A stretch of 63,332 nucleotides of DNA, the filler included, from Octopus bimaculoides (Eukaryota): the NCBI RefSeq assembly GCF_001194135.2. It is 5 parts of 5 records of this genome, joined end to end, with 100 filler letters (N's around TTAATTAATTAA, not from the genome) between each part and the next. Parts side by side here need not be neighbours in the genome. Positions count along the whole stretch, not along the records: positions 28,475 to 45,925 come from NC_068981.1; positions 46,026 to 54,914 come from NC_068982.1; 3 more parts are not named here. The stretch is one strand, 5' to 3'. Of the stretch, positions 34,425 through 48,390 are shown piece by piece; the first letter of the stretch is position 1, and each line of letters begins with the position of its first letter. The translations under genes were made by a program, and so were the position numbers. Under the pieces are notes generated by a model. That model was not told the origin of the DNA, made no database searches, and worked only from the letters and a program-made list of their open reading frames with translations.

Positions 34425-35076
34425 GTCTGTCTGTATATATATATATATATATATATANNNNNNNNNNNNNNNNNNNNNNNNNNNNNNNNNNNNNNNNNNN
34501 NNNNNNNNNNNNNNNNNNNNNNNNNNNNNNNNNNNNNNNNNNNNNNNNNNNNNNNNNNNNNNNNNNNNNNNNNNNNNNNNNNNNNNNNNNNNNNNNNNNN
34601 NNNNNNNNNNNNNNNNNNNNNNNNNNNNNNNNNNNNNNNNNNNNNNNNNNNNNNNNNNNNNNNNNNNNNNNNNNNNNNNNNNNNNNNNNNNNNNNNNNNN
34701 NNNNNNNNNNNNNNNNNNNNNNNNNNNNNNNNNNNNNNNNNNNNNNNNNNNNNNNNNNNNNNNNNNNNNNNNNNNNNNNNNNNNNNNNNNNNNNNNNNNN
34801 NNNNNNNNNNNNNNNNNNNNNNNNNNNNNNNNNNNNNNNNNNNNNNNNNNNNNNNNNNNNNNNNNNNNNNNNNNNNNNNNNNNNNNNNNNNNNNNNNNNN
34901 NNNNNNNNNNNNNNNNNNNNNNNNNNNNNNNNNNNNNNNNNNNNNNNNNNNNNNNNNNNNNNNNNNNNNNNNNNNNNNNNNNNNNNNNNNNNNNNNNNNN
35001 NNNNNNNNNNNNNNNNNNNNNNNNNNNNNNNNNNNNNNNNNNNNNNNNNNNNNNNNNNNNNNNNNNNNNNNNNNNN

Positions 35077-35126
<50 letters not shown>

Positions 35127-35667
35127 ATAAGAGTATAAAAGGAACCGCCTCAACCAACAAAATGACCAAAAAATGATATTCAACATACATGTATGTTTCG
35201 ATATAGCAATATTTAAGAATCATCAATATTTATACCTTTAAAAGACGCAATAGTCTGTATATTGTTAAATCTCTTCAGGTAAAAAAAGTGTATTTTAGTC
35301 TTGAGTTACGAAATGACTTATTTGAGGGAAATGTTTAGATTTTTTTTTGTTGATATTTTTGAGTTATTCTGTTGGTTAAAGCGATTTCTTTTATACTCTT
35401 ATAGGTATATCTTTTCTTGTTTTAATTTGAATTACTTTTCCAATTATAATACAAACAAAACGAACCAAGCAACTTTTTAATTTTTCTTCTCCATATTCTT
35501 TTATTGGCTTTTTAATTTTATGAAACTATTTATACACATATATATTGATGATCTTCCTATCAATATATTTGGTTAAACCCAGTTGGCATCAGGATTGTTT
35601 TGAACAATCCTTTCCGTGGATATTTCTTCCTCAAATTCTGAATGCATATATATATATATGTATATAT

Positions 35668-35790
35668 GCTGAAGAGCGTAGGATCGAAACGTAAAAGACT
35701 TTCTCACATCCCGAACGTCAAACTAATACACTTGCTTGTTGTTTATACACCTGTCTTCGTCTTTCGTTTTTCTGTAAATTTCAACTATAT
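35668..35790 (+). mobile_element. Probable Penelope-like element terminal (pLTR) fragment with hammerhead-like core
   Basis: CTGAAGA-GCGTAGGATC-GAAACGTA flanked by (TA)n. Family assignment is from memory of similar ends. Confidence 0.5.
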
Positions 35791-35803
35791 ATACATACAT
35801 ACA

Positions 35804-35837
<34 letters not shown>

Positions 35838-36086
35838 AATATATATATNNNNNNNNNNNNNNNNNNNNNNNNNNNNNNNNNNNNNNNNNNNNNNNNNNNN
35901 NNNNNNNNNNNNNNNNNNNNNNNNNNNNNNNNNNNNNNNNNNNNNNNNNNNNNNNNNNNNNNNNNNNNNNNNNNNNNNNNNNNNNNNNNNNNNNNNNNNN
36001 NNNNNNNNNNNNNNNNNNNNNNNNNNNNNNNNNNNNNNNNNNNNNNNNNNNNNNNNNNNNNNNNNNNNNNNNNNNNNNNNNNNNNN

Positions 36087-36125
<39 letters not shown>

Positions 36126-36518
36126 CTATCTATATATATATATATGATATATGTGTATATATATCGTGTTGCGTTAAGAACCGGTGCACGCTACCAGAAT
36201 TTTCGACTCGAGTCCCATAAGTGGATTCTAGGGTGGCTGGCTTGTACTGGCATAAGTTGTAATAATGAAATGAAATCAAACCAAATGGTAATATATTGGA
36301 ATTATTTAATACGTGCGTTTCATGTTTGCTTAAATTATATTAGGAAATGCATCCATTACGTAAACCTTTCTCAGTTAAAGTATTTCAGAATATGAAGAAA
36401 TTGATAGAAATTTTCAGTATATACATGGTAGCTGAGTTATTGTTCTACTCCCACATCAATCGTAAATACTTCTGCATCTGGTGTGTATTTGTGAATCAAT
36501 GTGTATGTGTGTGTGTGT

Positions 36519-36572
<54 letters not shown>

Positions 36573-37161
36573 GGCGTTTGTATATGTGCATGTCCACGTG
36601 TGTGTATGTGGGTGGATGTACAATGTGGTGAGCTTATGAAGTAGAAATGCGTAGATTTGGAGATTTCCAGATTTCCATTCTATGAGGTGCAGAGGTCGGA
36701 TAAAATTCGGATCAGCAAATGGTAAGTCTTCCCTCGAGAGAGTACTAGTCGTAGAACCAAAGTGGTTAAAAAGGAGGGGTAGAGATTCTTTTGGCATGAG
36801 ATCAAAAGAAACGGTTGAAATTCGGAAGGAAGAAGTTGCAAGCTGCACGGCGCATAGAGGCATCTCTCGTGGTTCTAGTATAGTCTTGTGGGAGTTAAGA
36901 TTATATGTAGCTAGTATCATAATTGGTTTTTTATGCTTATAAGAAAAAAAGTTGAAAAATAAAACTAATTTAATATATTTTCTACTTGGTTTTGACATTG
37001 GACTGAGATAATAAAAAATAAAAACAACGTAAATCCTCCGTCGACTTCGTCGATGAGTATTCCACCTACACGATCAACAGACCATTGTGTTAATTTCTAC
37101 ATGATTGTGTGCTTCCCAGACACACATACACTCAACCAATTAGAATCAGCGTGGCAGAAAA

Positions 37162-37229
<68 letters not shown>

Positions 37230-39156
37230 TAAATCCATCACTCTGAATTACAAACGGGTTTCCATACAGTTTCCGTCTAATCAATTTCCCTGCCGACCCG
37301 AGACAACAGCAAGAAAATACTTGCAAAAAATGCTCCGCAATGGGATCAAACCTGGGACCTTATAATTGCGAAACTTTTTAACCACTCCAACAAAAAACAT
37401 TCCGTAGAATTATGTAAAATAACATCTTGAGGTTGATTCGGTTATTTGTATCTGCTCCTCTGAATACGTCAGTGAAAAAAAAAGATCAATATACTATTTA
37501 AGTTCTCTAGCAAACTCTGTAAATGAAGAGGTAAAGATGTTTCCATAAGTCTTGAATAATGCCAATACATTCCACATGTGCCGCTAAGTTAATGTTCTTT
37601 GTAAAGGTATGGATGAACGCTACACTCTCACATTTGTTTCTCTGCTGAAAATGTAAGTTTGTGCTTTATCTGGCGGACTAATATTAAAATAAATATTTTT
37701 AATTCCTTATACAATATATGTTGTTTAGTGGAGACAGCTGACATCTATCATTCGTAATGTCTTCTTCATATTCCGGCTGTAAAAAAAAAGGGGGGAGGGG
37801 GTGGAAGAAAGAAAGGAAAATCTCCGTTTTTACCATATATAAACTACAGTTCAAAGAAAGCCTGAAGGGAATTAAGAAATGTTTATTTTCCAAGAATATG
37901 ACATAAGTGAAATCAAAGACTAAGTGTGTGGCAACGCAACAGCAGGGGGAATAATAATGATTTCTAACATTGGCAAAAGGCCATTAATTTGGGGTAAGGG
38001 AAAACAGTTGATTGAATCACTCCAGTACATGGCTTTAAATATCTGGAATACAATTTCTTTCGGCGCACCCATCCGTTCTGCCTTCAGCCACACAGAAAAG
38101 AAATCGTTTGTAAGAGAGACATTTGGAACAGCATTTCTTTCTTAAAAGGTATGTGAAGTATAGTCGATTAAATCGAAACCTGTATTCCTGTACTCCTGTA
38201 CTTGAATAGTATTTATATTATCAACTCCCGGAAAGATAAAAGATCATTTTTCACCCCCCCGTCTGGGATTTGCACTGAAAACTGCAAGGTATATTTTTTC
38301 CGATGTCTCACCCACTCTGCGACCTGTATAAACAGATACTTTTGAGTACATCTCATGTGATATAGACAGTATTGATGACATAACCAATCTCAAGGGCAGT
38401 ATTAATATGAGATCTAAGGAATGCTGTTTAGTTCACAACTAAGAAGACTCAATGAAAAACTAATAAACACTCAAATAGAAAGAAACAATAATTCACCTCC
38501 ATCACAACATTTGAGCTCAGGCATGATTGTACAATTAAATAGTTTCGTTTTGGAGTTCGATCCCTCTACGGGTCACACTATAGAGGTGTTTTCTATCAGG
38601 TTCATCAAAACCTTCTGCATGAAATTTCGGAAGATAGAAACTATGTAGAAGTTCATTGCAGTGGGGTCCTTCCGTTCTTGGATGATAGTCTTAATAATTG
38701 CCCTGTTTTACACCAGTACCTGTTTTTTTTTATACTTTTGGCAGAGTTGACTCTGTTGGAAGCATTTTGGGCTAGATCTACAAGCTGAGAATAAGTGCCT
38801 TCTTTCGTCCCATCACTCTTTGAAACTGTGAAAGGGAGTCATTAGTGCTGTTCTTCTTTCTGATGAAGTCACTAAATTATCTAGAATACAATGATGACTG
38901 GGCCAATAAAAAAGTACAAGCTCACAGAACAGTTGTAAACAGAATTGAAATTGTAACAAAGTAAGATCAACCCTGTTAAAAAGAAAACTTTGTAAAAAGT
39001 AAAGAATATAACAAAGCGAAAATGGCGTTCGGTGCTTCAGGCTCGCAAGTCCGCAAAAACGCATTTTTACGTGGTTAGAAATATATTGCTCAAAGCTAAT
39101 CGTGTGCTGTTACGAATTACGAAAAGAACAACGCGCCAATGAAGAAGAGTCTAGTC

Positions 39157-39322
39157 CAGTGGCTCCCAACCTCTGGTCCGCGGGCCTTTGGTGATCCGCA
39201 AAGGTAGTACTGGAGGTCCGTGAACATGTTGAGTTGACAAACTTTTTAATATCCTGGGGTCCGTGGGAAAACTCATTTAAATAAAAAGGGGTCCTTGGTA
39301 GTGAAAAGGTTGGGAATCACTG
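39157..39322. mobile_element. hAT (Charlie-like) MITE
   Basis: TIRs CAGTGGCTCCCAACCT / AGGTTGGGAATCACTG. Imperfect 8-bp TSD GTCTAGTC / GTTTTGTC. Confidence 0.75.
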
Positions 39323-39639
39323 GTTTTGTCGATAGTTTGACCTGCTAGAAATAGCATGTAAATGTTCGTAAAATCACGTCTTACTGTTATACAAAGCTTT
39401 CGGGTGGTCGTAGTTGGAACGCTTTCGATCATAGGAACTGCTCCGCCAGAATCGCCAGTTGGCTAAATAACAATAACAACAAATTAAAAGAATGTTCAAA
39501 ATACGGGAATATAAGTCATAGAGAACTGAACCAGTCAATTATTAGCTTGTCATATTTTACTGATGCTGTGGATACGTTTGAGATGGTGGATAGTTGATGA
39601 GATCTACTTCTTCACGTTAATGGAACAAAGATCACAAAG

Positions 39640-39910
39640 AAAATGATATGTTGTATATTGACAAGTTTGATTCGACATGTGATCAAAAGACCCCAAGAGA
39701 TATTGAGATTAAAAGAAATATTCTCCAGGGAGAATTATTATCTCTTCCGTTTGTTAAAGCTTTGATCCTGTTGTCTTATATATTACGAAAGTGTAAACCA
39801 AGATACCTTATAAGCAAACGTAACAATGAATTCAACAAGTTTAATGTTCATAATATCCTAATGTTCATAATGTTCAAAAGTGTGAAGGATCTAGCTTCTT
39901 TGATATAATC
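39640..39910 (+). mobile_element. Old R4/Dong-like RT fragment
   Basis: RNILQGELLSLPFVKALILLSYIL resembles the RGILQGDSLSPLLF RT motif. Confidence 0.5.
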
Positions 39911-40139
39911 AATGAGTGTTTTCAACATATATATGAGTGTGTTGTTTGTTATTAACAAGTGTGCTATACTAGACAGTAGTTCCTATCATATCCGACTAAC
40001 TCCTGACTCTATTATGACCAAAACCACAATTTAAAGAGCTACAGGAACAGACTTGACAATGAGAGAAATACAGTTTTGCTAAAAGCGCTACACTGCATCC
40101 ATATGTTAAGCAACTGCATGTCGGTATGCAAAGTATTGT

Positions 40140-40470
40140 ACTCAGTTAGGTGGCACTCCGTCGGTTGCAATGATGAAGGTTCCAGTTGATCCGATCAACG
40201 GAACAACCTTTTGTGAAATTAATGTGCAAGTGGTTGAGCACTTCACCGAGACGTGTACCCTTAAGTAGTTCTCAAGGAGATTCAGCGTGAAACAAGATTT
40301 GGCAAGGGTGGCCTTTTGAATTACAGGTACAACTCATTTTTGCCAGCTGAATGAACTGGAGCAACGTGAAATAAAGTGACTTGCTCAAGGGTACAATACG
40401 CTGCCGGGAATCGAACTCACGGCCTTATGATCGTGAGCCGATTACCCTAACCACTAAGCCACGCACCTTC
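40140..40470 (-). mobile_element. Older SINE family B-related copy with a variant head
   Basis: Shares the GTTGATCCGATCAACGGAAC body and a tRNA-like head. Confidence 0.7.
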
Positions 40471-41184
40471 TCTCAGTTAGGGGGGGGAGCAGAGCGGTAT
40501 CTGCTTTAGTCGATCTGAGTGTCACACTTGGATATTCGATATGCCTTGAGTCCGTTTAATTGAGAACAACAGACCGGCACATCAACAGCTAAGACGTGAA
40601 GCACATCAATATATTCTTCACGGGTATGAAAAAAAGAAAAACAGAAAAAAGGGAAAACTAGACTGAGTTGGAGAGGATTACAAATGGAATAGCTGAAATA
40701 TATTCGGAAGAAAGAACTGTAAAACGAACGAGTTTTTTTAAAAGGACAAATGGAAAACTGAAAAGAAAAATAACGATGTGATGTTAGTCTAAAACAACGG
40801 AAGACATAGGCAGAGGGGTGACAATTGATTTGGCCTAAAGATGGAGGACTAAACAAAGGGAGAGAATTCTTGACCGTGGCTGGCCAAAGTTGAAAAATTA
40901 AAATACATCTTATCAAAACAAAAATCGGTTAAGCCAGCAAGGTGGTGTGTATGCAAACATACACAAGACTGTCAGTTACTTCCTGTGGAAATTTAGTAAA
41001 ATGATACCAACCTAACAAATAAACTCGATAGGAAAGAGTAAAAGAAAAGCTAGACTGGATATTTTGTAAAAACAAAAATGATTAGACTATATGAAAAATG
41101 AAATTAATACCAAACAATTTCAAATTGTTGTGGCTATATACCACCAGATTAGTTGTGATTGAGCAGACCCATTATCAAACAAGT

Positions 41185-41635
41185 TTGAAATGTGACTATC
41201 AAAAGTCTATTGAACAGTGTCAACCCAAACATACAGTTCACAATGGAGTACAACCAAAAGGAGCTCCCATTCTTGGATATACTAATTAAAAAAGTAAACC
41301 TAAAAATAGGAACGGACATATTTTACAAAACCACAGACGCCAAACAATATCTACTATTTGATTCATGCCACCCAAGACACACCAAGACACACCAAGACAA
41401 ACATCCCCTTCAACCTTGCAAGAAGGATATGCACAATAGTGTCAGAAGAAAATACTAGAGACTACAGACTACAAGAACTCAAAAGCACACTAATTGACAG
41501 ACACTACCCAGTTCAACTCATAGAGGATGGAATCAGACGTGCATCACAAATTAACATAGAAAACTTAAGAAACGTTAAACACAGCAACACACATTCCCCG
41601 AAAATACTGCCGTACATATCCACATACAACCCCAG
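41185..41635 (+). mobile_element. Penelope-like element RT/thumb fragment
   Basis: LNSVNPNIQFTME..ELPFLDILI..TDIFYK.TD..QYL.F.SCHP.H.K.NIP..LARRI is the Penelope RT signature. A 10-bp duplication (accaagacac) shifts the frame. Confidence 0.9.
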
Positions 41636-44600
41636 NNNNNNNNNNNNNNNNNNNNNNNNNNNNNNNNNNNNNNNNNNNNNNNNNNNNNNNNNNNNNNNNN
41701 NNNNNNNNNNNNNNNNNNNNNNNNNNNNNNNNNNNNNNNNNNNNNNNNNNNNNNNNNNNNNNNNNNNNNNNNNNNNNNNNNNNNNNNNNNNNNNNNNNNN
41801 NNNNNNNNNNNNNNNNNNNNNNNNNNNNNNNNNNNNNNNNNNNNNNNNNNNNNNNNNNNNNNNNNNNNNNNNNNNNNNNNNNNNNNNNNNNNNNNNNNNN
41901 NNNNNNNNNNNNNNNNNNNNNNNNNNNNNNNNNNNNNNNNNNNNNNNNNNNNNNNNNNNNNNNNNNNNNNNNNNNNNNNNNNNNNNNNNNNNNNNNNNNN
42001 NNNNNNNNNNNNNNNNNNNNNNNNNNNNNNNNNNNNNNNNNNNNNNNNNNNNNNNNNNNNNNNNNNNNNNNNNNNNNNNNNNNNNNNNNNNNNNNNNNNN
42101 NNNNNNNNNNNNNNNNNNNNNNNNNNNNNNNNNNNNNNNNNNNNNNNNNNNNNNNNNNNNNNNNNNNNNNNNNNNNNNNNNNNNNNNNNNNNNNNNNNNN
42201 NNNNNNNNNNNNNNNNNNNNNNNNNNNNNNNNNNNNNNNNNNNNNNNNNNNNNNNNNNNNNNNNNNNNNNNNNNNNNNNNNNNNNNNNNNNNNNNNNNNN
42301 NNNNNNNNNNNNNNNNNNNNNNNNNNNNNNNNNNNNNNNNNNNNNNNNNNNNNNNNNNNNNNNNNNNNNNNNNNNNNNNNNNNNNNNNNNNNNNNNNNNN
42401 NNNNNNNNNNNNNNNNNNNNNNNNNNNNNNNNNNNNNNNNNNNNNNNNNNNNNNNNNNNNNNNNNNNNNNNNNNNNNNNNNNNNNNNNNNNNNNNNNNNN
42501 NNNNNNNNNNNNNNATATATATATATATATATATAATTACATATATATGTATGTTTGAAATATATATATATATGTGTGCATACATAATACACACATATAT
42601 ATGTGTTGGGTGTGTGAGTGTATTTTTTGTTTGTTTTAGCCATCAACCAAAGAGTATGTTGATTAATGCGTTTTTTTTTTCTAGGTGACCAAGATGAAAA
42701 GAAATCTAATATATATATATATACATATATTTGCATACACGTATACATAACCAGACTCTACACACTTCCAGTGCAAGCGTATATTGGTTACTTTGCTATT
42801 TTAGAACTATTTCATAAACAAACACCATGTATATACATGTATGCATATACACAGATGCACACTCCACTCTATGCTTGTATGCATGCTGTATTTATTTCAT
42901 TTATACATGTATATCTGTATATATGTATATACATGAATATTGTGTGCATATGTGTGTGTGTGTGTGTGTGTGTGTGTAGCAAGGAAAGATCTTTAGGCGT
43001 TGTTGTTTCCTTAACATTGAAGAAGGAAACAGGGCAGAGTTGTTCAGGAACTGTCCCTGTCTATGTTTATTCACTGTAGGTGTCAGTCAATCAGTCAAGG
43101 AAATTGACTGGTTGTGCTAAATAAATAAGCGAAAATCCCATGTGAAAATCCTACGAAATAAAAGATGCTGATGGGAATTGCAGCAACAGTACACCAAAAG
43201 AATGTACTTAAACAGCACACACAGAGACAAAAAAACATGCAGGCACACTAACGCATGAACGCATCGTCCTCTCCCTGCGAACATAGAGCTATATACGGAC
43301 GAACGCATAAAAACAGATTTTCTTCCCATCGAGCAACACAAATGCATCTGGACAATTCACTGAATGGTATTAAGCGTATAAATGAATTTCGGTCGTTGAG
43401 TTAAATTCTGAGATGTAGACACACCTGCCAAAATACTTTCTAATCCTGATAGACATAGATATCCATTCAGATGCATGCCTACGTGCGCGCGTATAAACAC
43501 ACATATGTGTAATACACATACATATGTGTGTATATGTATTAATGCATGTATGTATGTATGTATGTATGTTTGCGTGTGTGTATGTATATTAGAGTGTTGG
43601 GAAGCGATGCTTTGCAGTGTTAGTTCCGGTTCTTTACGTTTTGATTTCAAATCCCACCGAGGTCAACTTTGCCTTTCATCCTCTCATGGTCGGTGAAATA
43701 AGTACTAGATGAACTCAGAGGTTAATGCAATCGACTTCATCCCCGAAAATTGCTAGCCTTGTGACAAAATTGATAAGAAATCTTCTTAATATTATACTTT
43801 TCGCTTTTAAGACGGCGAGTTGGATGAAATGCTCAGCAGTTCTTCACCTGTCGTTACGTTCTGAGTTCAAATTCCGCCGAAGTCGACTTTGCCTTTTATC
43901 TTTCGGAGTTGATAAATTAAGTACCAGTGAAACGCTGGGGTCGATGTAATCGACTAGTCCCCTCCCCACAAATTTCAGGCCTTGTGCCTATAGTAGAAAG
44001 GATTATTATACTTTTCGTTTGGGCTGCTGGTATTCAATTTCTAGATATCAAGTTGAATCCACTCACTTTAGATATCTAGTATCTATCCTGTAATCTTTGA
44101 TGCACTAAACAAACAGACTTTCTGTAGAATGAGATACTTCATCTCGATATCGAATATCTGACAGACTTCTTACAACCGTACCAAGGGTTTCTGTTATAAT
44201 TAAGATAATAACTTTCTCTGCAATTACGAGTTCACTGCAATTACGAGTTCTCTGACTTCTGAATTTAGGTCCAGCTCTTTTTTGTATATTTTTTTCTATT
44301 CTTTTTCTACCATTCTTGTATCAAGTAGGTTGGTCACGACGATTAAGCAATACGCTCATTCCACTTCCGCAGTGTATAGAGATATTTGAGTGTAAACGCT
44401 CTATTTGCTTATCCATTTATGTTTTCATATCCCATTGTGCCTTTACAGGGTTTTCAATGATGGGTTCTGTTTTATGGTCATAGCATTTTCCTACGTGTTT
44501 AAATCCAAATATTTTGTACGCGCAGTCGTTTCCTCTCTTTCATAACAATCAATTGCAACCGAAATATCTTTCTTATCTATATTTTTCCTGATGTACCAGT

Positions 44601-45015
44601 AGCGGTAGTTGAATGATCTCCCTTGCGAGAAATATCATAGAGTAACCTCCCCTTTCTAAGCTTCTTGCAGCATCAACGTCATGAAACGTGATTCTTAATT
44701 GTCTAAGAAGCTTCGCGTTTCTCTTGGAAGTTTCTAGAATGTCTAGCGTTTCATTAATAAAAACAGCTTGCTAACCCAGCTTTTCTATTCTTATTCCATT
44801 AAACGTAGAACCGTTCACATCATTGCTATGTCCATCTATTTCTCTACGTCACATGACTGAAAACCACCACTTAGCTGTTGTTTCTATATTTTCTATCTCT
44901 GAACTTTCTTGCATAGATTACGACATTCAACTACATCCTACAATTTGATCATATGTATCATCATCGACCAGTAAATAAAATATATTTTTATGTAGTAAAT
45001 ATATAGATCGTGATG

Positions 45016-45405
45016 TGGAGGTGCAATGGCCCAGTGGTTAGGGCAGCGGACTCGCGGTCATAGGATCGCGGTTTCGATTCCCAGACCGGGCGTTGTGAGT
45101 GTTTATTGAGCGAAAACACCTAAAAGCTCCACGAGGCTCCGGCAGGGGATGGTGGCGAACCCTGCTGTACTCTTTCGCCACAACTTTCTCTCACTCTTAC
45201 TTCCTGTTTCTGTTGTGCCTGTAATTCAAAGGGCCAGCCTTGTCACACTGTGTCACGCTGAATATCCCCGAGAACTACGTTAAGGGTACACGTGTCTGTG
45301 GAGTGCTCAGCCACTTGCACGTTAATTTCACGAGCAGGCTGTTCCGTTGATCGGATCAACTAGAACCCTCTCCGTCGTAAGCGACGGAGTGCCAACAACA
45401 ACAAC
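45016..45405 (+). mobile_element. SINE family B, full length
   Basis: Complete head, body and (AAC)n tail. Confidence 0.92.
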
Positions 45406-45864
45406 AATATAGATCGTGAATTTATTCTTTCATCTCTTTACGACCTATTGTTATAACATACACGCAGCCACACCAACACCTGACTACATCTTCCCACTAC
45501 ATACCTTATTTAGTTCCACTGATCCTGTGAAACACTGTTTCTTTCGTCAAAATTCCGTTTAGCCATTCCGTACTTTGTGTTTTCTAGCTTCGAGATCACT
45601 TGTTTTCTTCCTTCTGCTAGCATCTCTCATAACAATCACCTCTGCCTCACCATTCCCAGCTACATACTTCTCTAAATTCACTAGTCTCTGCTTCCACGCC
45701 GCCTTTGACGGATTTTAGTCGAAAGAATCGCCCTCAATACTTATTTTACTTTAAGCTTGGTACTTATCCTATCTGTTTCTGTTACCGAATCGCTAAGTGT
45801 CGAGGTACATAAACACATCGACACCGGTTGTCAGGCGGTGGGCAAATACAGGCACAAAAACACG

Positions 45865-45925
<61 letters not shown>

Positions 45926-46025
45926 NNNNNNNNNNNNNNNNNNNNNNNNNNNNNNNNNNNNNNNNNNNNTTAATTAATTAANNNNNNNNNNNNNNNNNNN
46001 NNNNNNNNNNNNNNNNNNNNNNNNN

Positions 46026-46072
<47 letters not shown>

Positions 46073-46829
46073 TAAATCACAATTTATTCGAGTTCAGAGA
46101 TGTTCGAAAACCGAGGTACTACTGTACATATATATATCGTCAAATATAATTGCCAACTAAATGTGGTGGTCCCATAGAGGACGATGCTACTGTTGTTTTT
46201 AGCCCCTGGAGGACATCTCCCCCAGCTCTCTAACGACACACTGAATGTGTCCGATTAATATTTGTGAGGAGAAATCATCGTTTCCATCTCTAGCCTTAAG
46301 TGATACACACAGACCCGGGTTTCTGGATAGTAGCCCGTCATCACCGTGCGATGATCTCGAGCTTGTGATGAACACTCATTCCACACGCAAAATACCGTCT
46401 GCTTTTTCTAGCAAGAAGCTGTCGCTGCCGAAGACTATGGAGATGATTTGGAGTTAGGCTCAGGGCTGTGTAGAAGGTAGGCTTCCTACTGATAGGCGTA
46501 GCAAAGTTCCTAAAGCGAGCAGTATATAGATTAGCGAAGTACGAGCACAAGAGATCGAGTGAAGTTGAGACGAAGGTTAATAGATATAACATATGAAATC
46601 ATTTCCATTGTCAAGACAAAAGTGAATTTCGTGTATAATAAAATCAATTCTGCATACTTAAAGTGCGGAAAAACAATGTGTTGTAATGGTCATCCCTCAG
46701 CAAATGACATTGGCAGTACCAGTTTTATTCACTGAATTTAAATGAACGAAAACGACAAACCTAATGGAGCAAAATGTATGATTTTTAACCAACCATTAAT
46801 TTAAATTTTCGCAATTATTCTTTTCTACC

Positions 46830-47405
46830 CTAGGCACAAGGCAGAGGGGGCCAGTCGATTAGATCGACCCCAGTGATTCAGCTGGTACTTAATTTATCAA
46901 CCTCGAAAGGATGAAAGGCAAAGTCGACCTAACTAGCATGTTAGAAAACAGAGACAAGGTAAAACAATGTTTTGGTTTCAGATTTTGGCACAATGCCAGC
47001 AATTTCGGGGGAGGGGCTACGTGGATTAAATCGATCCAGTGTTCAACTGGTACTTATTTTTTGATCCCGATAAGATGAAAGGCAAAGTCGATCTCAGCGG
47101 AACTTGGACTCAGAACGTAAAGTCGGAAGAAATGTCGCTTAGCATTTTGCCCGGCGCACTAACGATTCTGCCAGCTCGCAGCCTTTATGCTAAATTAATA
47201 CTGATTTCAAATTTTGGCACAAGGCCAGCAATTTCGAGGAAAGAAGTAAGTCCATTACATCAACCGCAGTGCTGTACTGGTACTTATTTTAACGACCCCA
47301 AAAAGATGAGAGGCAAAGTCGACCTCGGCGAAATTTGAACTTAGATCCTAATGACAGGCGAAATGCCGAAAAGCGTTTTGCCCGGCGTGCTAACGATTCT
47401 GCTGC
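46830..47405 (-). mobile_element. Cluster of three SINE family C copies
   Basis: Repeated GGTACTTATTT...GATGAAAGGCAAAGTCGACCTCGGCG cores. Confidence 0.8.
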
Positions 47406-47479
47406 CTTATGATAAGTTAGTATTAATAAAGAGATTAACAACTGCTTTTATTTACTCGCAAATACAGAAGATAATTCAG

Positions 47480-48073
47480 AGCATGTTTGGTTCTTATCTG
47501 ACAACATCAACGATTCATAAACCTCACTGACTCTGCCAGAGTAGAGATGAACAACCACGTATTGAAATAAGAAATTTGTTTTTCCTAGAGGTTAAATAAT
47601 TCAGTAATGACTGGCATTTCTGAGATTTTACTTCACTGTAAATAGGTTAATTCAACATGTCTAAGCAAAATAACGATATTTTGGTTTAAGAAATATGTTT
47701 CAGAATGCTGTCAAGTTAAATCCTTCCACATTTGAGTAAAAATCAAATGAAAGCGGATGCTTGTAGCAAGAAGGATTTCAAAATCGACGTGTGTTGTAGT
47801 ATAAAGGATATTAGTCATAGAAGTGAATTCCGCTAAGGGCACCCACTATTTACTAATAATTACACGGGAGCAATAACGGAGAGAGGTAGTTATGCTAACT
47901 CTATGGAAAAACTTACAGCTTTGGTCTCCAAATTCGCCCGGTCTCATAGAAGAAATTGAAGGGTTACAAAGAACATCGACCAGTAAAATAACTTCGGTTA
48001 ATGATTTTAATTACTGGGAACACCTGAAAACTCTGCGTCTCTACTCTCTTGAATGACGAAGAGAGAGATATAG

Positions 48074-48104
<31 letters not shown>

Positions 48105-48390
48105 CTTGGAAGATCCTGGAGGGACATGTTCCAAACGTCGGCATTAAAGCGAATTTTAATGCTCGAAATGGTAGGTACTGTCTGCTTCCAAATATACCAT
48201 CTTCAAATGCACCAATCTAATATTTAGAGGTCCACAAGTATTCAACTACTTACCCAAAAAGATTAGAAATGCAAAAGGGACCTCTACTGGAACTTTAAAA
48301 AAAGCATTGGATGAACTCCTAACGACAAGGCCAGACCAACCAACTCAGGGGAGATCAACAACTACAAACTTTCAATCATAAAGCGACAAA
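47480..48390 (+). mobile_element. Degenerate CR1-clade LINE 3' part
   Basis: LWSP...IEGLQRT...NYWEHLKTLRLYSLE*RRERY and RGPQVFNYLP...FKKALDELL motifs. Confidence 0.75.

Noticed and set aside
36671-36721. Plus-strand exon MRCRGRIKFGSAN with strong donor GTAAGT
   Set aside because: The surrounding sequence translates with frameshifts into RTE endonuclease-like motifs (IDF...K.FPRE...RKEEV), so a decayed LINE is more likely.
39020-39075. AAAATGGCG-led plus-strand first exon (MAFGASGSQVRKNAFLR)
   Set aside because: Weak donor, in-frame stop immediately after, and no downstream partner exon identified.
47450-47540. Minus-strand exon (VSEVYESLMLSDKNQTCSELSSVFA) phase-compatible with the 38825 candidate
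   Set aside because: It overlaps a plus-strand CR1 RT relic, so it is probably coincidental.
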